Positions 23,065-31,226 of a stretch of DNA of 64,000 bases are shown here, in pieces; position 1 is the stretch's first letter; the number at the start of each line of letters is the position of its first letter. The notes beneath the pieces were generated by a model, which did not search any database, was not told the origin of the DNA, and worked only from the letters and a program-made list of their open reading frames with translations. A program made the position numbers and the translations under genes. The DNA is from Spirochaetota bacterium (GTDB lineage: Bacteria; Spirochaetota; Spirochaetia; Treponematales; UBA12059): NCBI GenBank assembly GCA_022703505.1, contig JAKLDN010000008.1, positions 158,422 to 222,421 on the forward strand. Reading direction: 5' to 3'.

Positions 23065-23883
23065 ATGGCAAAACGGCATCGAATCGATCCTTCGGACTAC
23101 AGGTCCATCGTCTTCCTGACCGGGGCGGGGATATCCGTGGCCTCGGGGATCCGCCCCTATCGGGGACCCGGGGGCCTGTGGAACGACGAGACCCTGGTCA
23201 AGTTCTCGGACCTCGAGACTTTCCGGAAGGATCCCCTAGCGGTCTGGCGCTTCATGAGCGAGACCCGGAGGATCTCCGCCGCCGCCCGGCCCAACCCCGC
23301 CCACCTCGCCCTGGCGGAGCTGGAGGTACGGCTGGAGGCGGAGCAGTCCCTGACGGTCATCACCCAGAACATCGACGGCCTCCACCGCCGGGCCGGGAGC
23401 TCCCACGTGATCGAGTTCCACGGCTCCGTGACCCGGACCCGGTGCTCCAACCACCGCTGCGACTTTCCGGCCTTCGAGGATCCCCTCCTGCACGCGGATT
23501 CCGTGCCCCTCTGCTCGGTCTGCGGCGCCCCCCTCCGGCCGGACGTGGTCTTCTTCGGGGAGATCATCCCCTCCGTCCGGGGCGCCGCGGCCATGGAGGC
23601 CCTGGCGGACTGCGACCTCTTCGTAGCCGTCGGCACCTCGGCCTCGGTATACCCCGCGACCCGCTTCGTGGAATGGGCCTGGAAGCGGAACGCCCGGACG
23701 GTGTTCGTGAACGTGGAGTCCTTCCGGGATCGGGATCCCGTGGCCGCCACCTGGTTCCGGGAGGAGTACATCGGGCCCGCGGAACGGATCCTGCCCCGGC
23801 TCTTCGGGGAGGGCCTGGACGAGGAGGAGCTGGACGGGTACCGGCCCGAGGTACTGGAGGATCTCCCGGAAGCCCGGGAGTAG
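23065..23883 (+). CDS. NAD-dependent protein deacylase, Sir2 family (CobB-like sirtuin)
   Basis: GAGISVASGIRPYRG, TQNIDGLHRRAG, EFHGS catalytic His. Zn-ribbon CSNHRC...CSVCG. GAGGAGG RBS. Confidence 0.85.
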   Translation: MAKRHRIDPSDYRSIVFLTGAGISVASGIRPYRGPGGLWNDETLVKFSDLETFRKDPLAVWRFMSETRRISAAARPNPAHLALAELEVRLEAEQSLTVITQNIDGLHRRAGSSHVIEFHGSVTRTRCSNHRCDFPAFEDPLLHADSVPLCSVCGAPLRPDVVFFGEIIPSVRGAAAMEALADCDLFVAVGTSASVYPATRFVEWAWKRNARTVFVNVESFRDRDPVAATWFREEYIGPAERILPRLFGEGLDEEELDGYRPEVLEDLPEARE

Positions 23884-23917
23884 CGGGAATTCTGGCACGA
23901 ACGCGAGGAGAAGAATC

Positions 23918-25699
23918 ATGGAGAAAACGGACTTGAGTTTCATGTTCCTGAAAAAGGGCCTGGCCGCCGGCCGGGACCTGGATCTCGTGCTCCGGGTGGA
24001 GACCCCGGCCCGTACCTCCGAGGGCGCACGCAAGCCCGCGGACCTGGCCCTGGTCCTGGACCGCTCCGGATCCATGCAGGGCCGCAAGATCATCTACGCC
24101 CGGCAGGGGGCGGCCGCCGCCGTGGGCCTCCTGGGGCCGGAAGACCAGGCCAGCCTGGTGCAGTTCGACGACCGGGTGGACCTCCTCCAGCCCCTGACCC
24201 CGGCGGGCCGGGCCGGTGCCCTCCAGGCCGCCATCGCGGGCATCGAGCCCCGGGGCAACACCGATCTCCACGGGGGCTGGGCCGCGGGAGCGGACAGCCT
24301 GGGGGACGGAGAACCCGGACGCGGCGCCCGGCGGGTCGTCCTGTTGACCGACGGCCTGGCCAACCACGGGGTGACCGACCCCGGGACCATCGCCGCGAAG
24401 GTGGCCGAGGCGGCCCGCCGGGGCATCGCCACCAGCGCCCTGGGCATCGGGGAGGACTTCAACGAGGAACTCCTGGAGGCCGTGGCCCGGGCCGGGGACG
24501 GCTCCTACACCTTCGTGGAATCCCCGGACCAGCTGCCCGCCTTCTTCGAAGCCGAACTCGCGGGATTCGCGAACCTGGCGGGCCGGGAAGTCCGGCTCGG
24601 CCTGGCCCCGGGACCGGGGATCCAGATCGTCTCGGTCCTGAACGACCTTCCGTCCTCGAACACGGGTTCCCTGGTCCTGCCCAACCTGGTCGCAGGGGGC
24701 CGGCAGGAGATTGGGCTTACCGTGCGGGCCCTGCCGGGCCTGACCGCCCGGCCCGGGGAGGAGACGGAGCTCCTGGCGGTCCGGCTGGAATGGACCGATC
24801 CGGAGACCGGGGAGCGCCGGGAAATGCGGCAGGCCGCCCGCGTCCGGGCGGTCGAGGATCGGGATTTCGAGGCCCTGCCCGCGGATCCCGCCGCAGTGGA
24901 GACCCTGGCCCTGCTCCGGACGGCCCGGGCCAAGCGGGAGGCTCTGAACGCCGTGGACCGGGGGGACGAAGCGGGAATCGCCCTCGCGATGGACCATATC
25001 CGGGCCATCCTGGCGGGAACGCCTCCCACCGAACGGACGGAGCGGGAGAAGATCTCCCTGGCCTCCCTGGAGGAGGACTTCCGGCTCCGGAAAATGGGCA
25101 AGTTCCGCAAGAACGTGCACTACGAGTCCTACGCCCGGGGCCACGCCATGGACGAGGCCCGGCTCTTCGGACATTATTCCCGGAAGCTCCTGTTCCTGGT
25201 CCGGGACAGGCTGGACCTGCACATCGGCAGCCTGGCCGGCTTCCCCTGCGACGCGATCGTGAACTCCCGGTCCGACGAGCCCGCCTCGGGGCTGGACGAG
25301 GCTCTCCGGGCCGCGGGGGGCCCCGCCTTCCGGGCCGCCTGCGAGGCGATCGGCAGGCTGGGCGCAGGTGCCGCGGCCGTCACGGGCGGCGGAGACCTGC
25401 CCGTCAAGTCGGTCATCCACGTGCGGGTCCCGGACTGGCGGGGTGGGAATGCCTCCGAGTTCGGAGCTCTATCGGAGTGCTACGCGGCCTGCCTCCTCGT
25501 CGCGAAGGAGCGGGGCTTCGGCCACGTGGCCTTCCCGGTCCTGGGCGCGGGGGGCAGAGGATTCCCCGTAGATGCCGCAGTTTCCCTTGGGCTGAGTGCC
25601 GCGGCCCAGTTCCTGTTCTCGAACCCGGCGCCGCGGCGGGTGACCTTCGTCTGTCCGGACGGTCCGGCAGCCGAACTGATCTGGGGCCAGCTTCCCTGA
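23918..25699 (+). CDS. vWA (MIDAS) + Macro domain fusion protein
   Basis: N-terminal DLALVLDRSGSM MIDAS motif. C-terminal macro fold: DAIVNSRSD, GGP, VIHV, FPVLGAGGRGFPVD. Confidence 0.8.
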   Translation: MEKTDLSFMFLKKGLAAGRDLDLVLRVETPARTSEGARKPADLALVLDRSGSMQGRKIIYARQGAAAAVGLLGPEDQASLVQFDDRVDLLQPLTPAGRAGALQAAIAGIEPRGNTDLHGGWAAGADSLGDGEPGRGARRVVLLTDGLANHGVTDPGTIAAKVAEAARRGIATSALGIGEDFNEELLEAVARAGDGSYTFVESPDQLPAFFEAELAGFANLAGREVRLGLAPGPGIQIVSVLNDLPSSNTGSLVLPNLVAGGRQEIGLTVRALPGLTARPGEETELLAVRLEWTDPETGERREMRQAARVRAVEDRDFEALPADPAAVETLALLRTARAKREALNAVDRGDEAGIALAMDHIRAILAGTPPTERTEREKISLASLEEDFRLRKMGKFRKNVHYESYARGHAMDEARLFGHYSRKLLFLVRDRLDLHIGSLAGFPCDAIVNSRSDEPASGLDEALRAAGGPAFRAACEAIGRLGAGAAAVTGGGDLPVKSVIHVRVPDWRGGNASEFGALSECYAACLLVAKERGFGHVAFPVLGAGGRGFPVDAAVSLGLSAAAQFLFSNPAPRRVTFVCPDGPAAELIWGQLP

Positions 25700-25744
25700 A
25701 AGCCGGGCCCGCCTATTAACCCGTCGAAGGAGGATCCGAGACCT

Positions 25745-26431
25745 ATGTACACTTACCCGTACCCCCACCCCGCGGTCACCGTGGACTGCGTCGTCTTCGG
25801 CCTGGACGAGGGGGAACTCAAGGTCCTCCTTATCCAGCGGGACCTGGACCCCTTCGCCGGAAAATGGGCCTTGCCCGGGGGCTTCATCCGCATGGACGAG
25901 GACCTGGAGGCTGCCGCCCGGCGGGAACTGGAGGAGGAGACGGGGGTCAAGAAGCTGTACATCGAGCAGCTCGGGGCCTTCGGGACCCCCGGCCGGGATC
26001 CCCGGGAGCGGGTGGTCACCGTGGCCTGGTGGGCGGTGGTCAACCTCTACGAGCACGAGGTGAAGGCCTCCACGGACGCCCGGAACGCCGCCTGGTTCCC
26101 CGTGGAGGAGCTTCCCGCCCTGGCCTTCGACCATCCGGTCATCCTGGACGCGGCGCTGGCCCGCGTGCGGGAAACCCTGCGCCGGGAACCCCTGGCCTTC
26201 GAGTTCCTGCCCCGGAAGTTCACCCTGACCCAGCTCCAGCGCTTCTACGAGACCGTCCTGGGCCGGCCGTTGGACAAGCGCAACTTCCGAAAGAAGGTCC
26301 TTTCCTACGGCCTGCTTGAGGAGCTCGAGGAGTACGAGGTGGACGTGGCCCACCGGGCCGCACAGCTCTATACCTTCCGCCGGGACCGCTACGAAACGTT
26401 CCGGGAGGAAGGCAGCCGGTTCCTGGTATAA
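25745..26431 (+). CDS. NrtR-like Nudix hydrolase-domain transcriptional regulator (Nudix + C-terminal winged helix)
   Basis: Nudix box GKWALPGGFIRMDEDLEAAARRELEEETG. C-terminal 90 aa is helix-rich and basic (KRNFRKKVLSYGLLEE). GAAGGAGG RBS. Confidence 0.7.
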   Translation: MYTYPYPHPAVTVDCVVFGLDEGELKVLLIQRDLDPFAGKWALPGGFIRMDEDLEAAARRELEEETGVKKLYIEQLGAFGTPGRDPRERVVTVAWWAVVNLYEHEVKASTDARNAAWFPVEELPALAFDHPVILDAALARVRETLRREPLAFEFLPRKFTLTQLQRFYETVLGRPLDKRNFRKKVLSYGLLEELEEYEVDVAHRAAQLYTFRRDRYETFREEGSRFLV

Positions 26432-26440
26432 GGAGGCCTC

Positions 26441-28504
26441 ATGCTGGGCGCGATTTCAGGGGACGTCCTGGGCTCGTTGTACGAGGCCTGGTCGATCAAG
26501 GACAAGAACTTCCGGCTCTTCCACGAGCTGGACCGGCCCACCGACGACTCCGTCCTCTCCCTGGCGGTGGCCAAGGCGATCCTGGACGCCGACGCCGAGG
26601 GCCGGTTGCCGGAAGCCGGGGACTACGAGCGGGAACTCCGGGCCTTCGGCCGCCGCTACCCCGACGCGGGCTACGGGGGCTCCTTCCGGGCCTGGGTGAA
26701 CGATCCCGTAGGCAAGCCCTACGAAAGCTTCGGGAACGGCTCGGCCATGCGGGCCTCCGCCGTGGGCTGGGCCTTCGGGGACGCGGAAACCGTCCTGACC
26801 CAGGCGGAACTCTCGGCCGCCCCGACCCACGGCCACCCGGAGGGCATCAAAGGAGCCCAGGCCGTCGCCCTGGCGGTCCTCCGGGCCCGGACGGGATCCT
26901 CGAAGGAGGAAATCCGCTCGGAGCTCTCCCGCCGCTTCGGCTACGACCTGGGCCGGACCGTGGACTCGATCCGGCCGGGCTACCCCTTCGAGGTCAGCTG
27001 CCAGGCCTCGGTCCCGGAGGCGATCGTCGCCTTCCTGGATTCCCGGGATTGGGAGGACGCGGTGCGGAACGCCGTCTCCCTGGGGGGCGACGCGGACACC
27101 CAGGCCTGCATCGCCGGGGCGATCGCCGAGGCCTTCTACGGCGGGGTTCCGCCCCGGGTCCTGGCCTGGGTCCTGCCCCGGCTGGAGGCCGGCCTCCTTT
27201 CGACCCTCTCGGACTTCGCGCGCCGCTTCCTGCCCGCCGACCGGGCCGCGGCCGTGGCCGCCGAGACCGCGGCCCGCGGTCTGCCCCGGGGAGTACCGGG
27301 GGCGGGCGGGAACCGGAAGGCCGGCGGAGCCGGCCCCGCCCCGGGCGACCGGAAGCGCCGCGGAGCGGCGCATGCCGGAGACCCGGGCAGGGACCCCGAC
27401 ACCCGGCACCCCCTGGCCCCCGCCCCGGGCTACCGGGTGGTCCTGGCCGGCTCGACCCGGGCCCGGATCGCCGACTACGCACGGCGCCTTTCCGCGGACC
27501 CAGGTCTCGCGGGGGCGCGGCTCCAGGCGGCCCTGGCGGACCTGGCTGTCCCCAGGTTTGACGCGGCCTGGCTCCTCGTCTCCCTCCTGGCCACCAAGAA
27601 GCCCCGGATCTTCGCGGAGAGCGAGGTGGCCGGGGACGGCTCGGACTGGACCCGGGAGGAGCTCGGGCTTTTGGGGGACATCGGCTTCGCGGTGCCCGTC
27701 ACGGTCTTCGACGACGGCCGCCACTCCGCCCCCCGGGTACACTCGACGCCCTTCGGGGCCACCCTGCTCTTCGCCCCCGGGGCCCTGTTGGCAGGGAGGC
27801 GGGGATCCCCCGCGGACGGGCACGTAGCCCCCGGCGGCCACATCGACCCGGTCCGGTACGGGGCCCTCTACGAGGGGCGGCTCCTCCCCCTCCTCCAGTA
27901 CGCGAGCGCCGTCTCCTCGGCGGCGGGCCGGAAGGCCCTGGTCACCGTGCCGGGCCTGGGCTGCGGCCAGTTCGCCGGACCTTTCCGGGGCCGCCTGGGA
28001 CCGTACCTGAGGGACGCCCTGGCGGGGATCCTGAAACGGAACGCGAAGATCCTGCCGGGCATCCGGGCCGTCCGCCTCGATCCCTACGACGAATGCGGGA
28101 ACGAGGACCGGCGCATCGGACGGATCGCCTTCCGGGTCCGCCCCCTGGCGGTGAACGAACGGAAGGGCACGGGGCTCGGCCTGCCCCAGCTCCGCCCGCC
28201 CCGGGACTACCAGGAGCCCGGGGACGACTTCTCGGACTGCGACCTCTTCAGCGTCGTCGCCTGGGACCCCGTCTCCTGGCCCGGGAACGACTACTGGGCC
28301 GGGGCCCGGGCCACCGACGACGGGGTCAAGGCCGCGGCCACGGACGCGATGTTCGCCCTTTCGGGCTTCCGGGGCCGCTACGACCCGGAGACCTGCGGAT
28401 ATCTGCCGCCCCCGGGGGTCCGCGCCTGGGAGGACCTGGTCCTGGAGCAGCGCCTGGTCCTGCGGGCCGTGGACAACGTGACGGTCGTCGGATCTCCGGG
28501 ATGA
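26441..28504 (+). CDS. ADP-ribosylglycohydrolase (DraG/ARH family) fused to a 400-aa uncharacterized C-terminal domain
   Basis: N-terminal ARH motifs (DDSVLSLA, GNGSAMRASAVGW, GGDADTQACIAGAIAEAFYG). The C-terminal half has a TVPGLGCGQFAG glycine-rich loop and no family I can name. AAGGAGG RBS. Confidence 0.75.
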   Translation: MLGAISGDVLGSLYEAWSIKDKNFRLFHELDRPTDDSVLSLAVAKAILDADAEGRLPEAGDYERELRAFGRRYPDAGYGGSFRAWVNDPVGKPYESFGNGSAMRASAVGWAFGDAETVLTQAELSAAPTHGHPEGIKGAQAVALAVLRARTGSSKEEIRSELSRRFGYDLGRTVDSIRPGYPFEVSCQASVPEAIVAFLDSRDWEDAVRNAVSLGGDADTQACIAGAIAEAFYGGVPPRVLAWVLPRLEAGLLSTLSDFARRFLPADRAAAVAAETAARGLPRGVPGAGGNRKAGGAGPAPGDRKRRGAAHAGDPGRDPDTRHPLAPAPGYRVVLAGSTRARIADYARRLSADPGLAGARLQAALADLAVPRFDAAWLLVSLLATKKPRIFAESEVAGDGSDWTREELGLLGDIGFAVPVTVFDDGRHSAPRVHSTPFGATLLFAPGALLAGRRGSPADGHVAPGGHIDPVRYGALYEGRLLPLLQYASAVSSAAGRKALVTVPGLGCGQFAGPFRGRLGPYLRDALAGILKRNAKILPGIRAVRLDPYDECGNEDRRIGRIAFRVRPLAVNERKGTGLGLPQLRPPRDYQEPGDDFSDCDLFSVVAWDPVSWPGNDYWAGARATDDGVKAAATDAMFALSGFRGRYDPETCGYLPPPGVRAWEDLVLEQRLVLRAVDNVTVVGSPG

Positions 28505-28618
28505 GAAGGCTGAAGCGCCCGGACCTCCGGGAGCCCGAACTCCTGAAGGACCTTGGAAGCCGCGTGGCTCCGGAGGCGATCGTGACGTGACGAGAATCGG
28601 CGCCGAATCAAAAAAGAT

Positions 28619-28655
28619 GGAAAACGATGTAAACACCATTGAAAACCATGTAAAA
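28619..28655. promoter_or_regulatory. AT-rich 16-bp direct repeats spaced 21 bp apart upstream of the ZIP transporter gene
   Basis: GGAAAACGATGTAAAC and TGAAAACCATGTAAAA. Conspicuously AT-rich against 68% GC background. Confidence 0.45.
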
Positions 28656-28813
28656 AAGTTTGCGCGCGCGTCGGGAGGACGAAGCCGACCGCCTCATGCT
28701 TCGTGAGCCCGCACCCTCCCTCTGGCGCCCGGCCCGGCCATGCCCGATACTTGAACCGAGGCGGCCGCCGCCCGGACACTCGCTCCCTTCGGCGCGGCCG
28801 GACTGGAGGTTCC

Positions 28814-30112
28814 ATGGATCCCCTGGCGATATCCCAGGCCCTCTCGGCCCTGGTCTTCGGGGCCCTGTCCGCGGGGAGTCTCCTCCTGGGCGCCTGGACC
28901 GGAATATTCCTGAAGCCGCCGCCCCGGGTCTCCGCCGCGGTCATGGCCTTCGGCGCGGGGGCCCTCTTCGCGGCCCTGTCCCTGGAACTGATCGGCGAGG
29001 CGGTGGAGCGCCTCCACGGGAACTTCTGGCCCATCGGACTGGGCTGCGTGGCCGGGGGCCTGCTCTTCGTCACCCTGGACCACCTGGTGAACGGCGCGGG
29101 AGGCTTCCTCCGCAAGCGCTCCACCCTGTCCCGGCGCCTCCGAGCGGACCGGAGGAAGGACGTCCGGCTCCTCCTGGAGAGTCTGGCCAAGGTCCCCCTC
29201 TTCGCCAGCCTGCCCCCCGAGGAGGTCCGCAGCCTGGCGGACCAGGTGACCCGGGTGCGCTGCGACGCCGGCACCCCGGTCATCCGCACCGGGGAGCCCG
29301 GGGCCGAGCTCTACCTGGTCGAGTCCGGCCGCCTGGAGGTATCCCGGGGGGGCGCAAGCCTGGCGGTCCTCGGGCCCGGGGACATGGTCGGGGAGATGGC
29401 CCTGCTCACCGGGGAGACCCGCACCGCGGACGTGACGACCCTGGAAGCGGCGGTCCTGCTCACCCTGCGCAAGGAAGCCTTCGACCGACTCCTGGCCGCG
29501 AACCCCCGGCTCCGGGAGGCGGTGGAGAGACTGTCCGGCCAGCGGCGGGAGGCCCTGGAGAAGGCGGCCGCCACGGTGGACCCTGCGGCCTGGGCCCGGA
29601 AGGCCGGGACCGGGGACTGGAAGCCCAGCTCCCTGGAGCTGGACGAGGCCTTCGCCCAGGCTGGGGGAAAGAAGAAGGGCGGGGCCCCCATGGGTATCTG
29701 GCTGGGCATCCTCCTGGACGGCGTCCCCGAGTCCGCGGTCATCGGTGCCAGCATGATCGGGGCCGAGAAGGCCAGCCTGGCCCTGATCCTGGGACTCTTC
29801 ATCGCCAACTACCCCGAGGCCCTGTCCAGCGCCGTGGGGATGCGGAAGATGGGCATGTCGGTGTGGAAGATCACCGCCCTCTGGGGCTCCATCGTGGCCC
29901 TGACCGCGGTGGGCGCGGGGATCGGCAACCTGGCCTTCCGCTCGGCCCCCGGGGAGCTGGTGGCCCTCTTCGAGAGCCTGGCCGCGGGCTCCATGCTGGC
30001 CATGCTGGCGGAGACCATGATGCCCGAGGCCTACGAGCACGGCGGTTCCGTCACCGGTATGGCCACCATCCTGGGCTTCGTGTCCGCGGTCTTCCTGCGG
30101 GTGGCGGGGTGA
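28814..30112 (+). CDS. ZIP-family metal transporter with an inserted cyclic-nucleotide-binding (CAP_ED) domain
   Basis: TM helices and GIxLHxxxEG-like ZIP blocks at both ends. Central cNMP fold (FASLPPEEV...GEPGAELYLVESG...GEMALL..RTA). GGAGG RBS. Confidence 0.75.
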   Translation: MDPLAISQALSALVFGALSAGSLLLGAWTGIFLKPPPRVSAAVMAFGAGALFAALSLELIGEAVERLHGNFWPIGLGCVAGGLLFVTLDHLVNGAGGFLRKRSTLSRRLRADRRKDVRLLLESLAKVPLFASLPPEEVRSLADQVTRVRCDAGTPVIRTGEPGAELYLVESGRLEVSRGGASLAVLGPGDMVGEMALLTGETRTADVTTLEAAVLLTLRKEAFDRLLAANPRLREAVERLSGQRREALEKAAATVDPAAWARKAGTGDWKPSSLELDEAFAQAGGKKKGGAPMGIWLGILLDGVPESAVIGASMIGAEKASLALILGLFIANYPEALSSAVGMRKMGMSVWKITALWGSIVALTAVGAGIGNLAFRSAPGELVALFESLAAGSMLAMLAETMMPEAYEHGGSVTGMATILGFVSAVFLRVAG

Positions 30113-30205
30113 TTCGGAATTCCGAGCCCCCTCGATAATCAGGATGGATTCCCGGAACCGTGATAGACTGAAGGATAGAGAATCATTACAAAGGAGCGTC
30201 CCTTC

Positions 30206-31186
30206 ATGAAGATCCACGTCATCGGCTGCGGCAACGCCTTTTCCAGCGAGTCCTTCAACCAGTCCTTCGTGATCGAGGAAGCCGGGCGGCGCATGCTCAT
30301 CGACTGCGGCATGCAGACCCCCCAGGCCCTGGTCACGGCCCGGTACAAGCCCCAGGACATCCACGACATCTACGTGAGCCACCTCCACGCGGACCACGTC
30401 GGGGGCCTGGAGTACTTCGCTTTCGCCCGGTACGACTGGGCCAAGCATCCCCGGTCCTGGTCGGAGGGGACCTACGCCCCCCGGCTGATCGGCAACGTCC
30501 AGCTCCTCCGGGACCTCTGGGACAAGACCCTCCGGGGCGGCCTGGAATCCATGGAGGGTTTCGTCTCGAACCTGGAGACCTTCTTCGAGCCGGTCCCCGT
30601 CGAGCCGAACAAGCGCTTCGAGTGGCAGGGCTGGACCGTGGACCTGATCCAGCAGATCCACATCATGTCGGGCTCGGTGATCATGCCCTCCTTCGGCATC
30701 CTCTTCAGCAGGACGGGCCGCAAGTCCGTGTACTTCGTGACGGACAGCCAGCACTGCTCGCCCCGGCAGATCGAGGAGTACTACAAGCGCGCGGACCTGA
30801 TCTTCCAGGACTGCGAGTGCACGGGCATGGACCTTCGCTTCCCCGAGGGCGCCAAGACCTACGTCCAGGACGGGGTCCCGAAGGCCTGGCCCGAGGACGA
30901 GATGGAGGCCCTGGACCTCCTGGCCCGGGGGATCGAGCCCGTGAAATGGTCCCGGTACAAGTTCTCCTCGGGGGTCCACGCCAACTACGCCCAGCTGGCG
31001 GGCTACGAGAGCGCCAACTCCATCAAGCTGGATCCCCAGGTCAAGGCCAAGATGTGGCTCTCCCACTACCAGGACTACGTCCTCATCGGCAAGGACCACT
31101 TCGGCAACGAGGTCGACTGGGCCGCGGAGGCGAAGAGAGACGGGTTCGCGGGCTTCGTCAAGCTGGGCCAGCGATTCGAGGTCTGA
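30206..31186 (+). CDS. MBL-fold metallo-hydrolase
   Basis: HLHADHVGG (HxHxDH) motif. AAGGAG RBS. Confidence 0.75.
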   Translation: MKIHVIGCGNAFSSESFNQSFVIEEAGRRMLIDCGMQTPQALVTARYKPQDIHDIYVSHLHADHVGGLEYFAFARYDWAKHPRSWSEGTYAPRLIGNVQLLRDLWDKTLRGGLESMEGFVSNLETFFEPVPVEPNKRFEWQGWTVDLIQQIHIMSGSVIMPSFGILFSRTGRKSVYFVTDSQHCSPRQIEEYYKRADLIFQDCECTGMDLRFPEGAKTYVQDGVPKAWPEDEMEALDLLARGIEPVKWSRYKFSSGVHANYAQLAGYESANSIKLDPQVKAKMWLSHYQDYVLIGKDHFGNEVDWAAEAKRDGFAGFVKLGQRFEV

Positions 31187-31226
31187 GGTACGGAGGGTCC
31201 GGAATGGAACCGTCCGGGAGGTCCCC

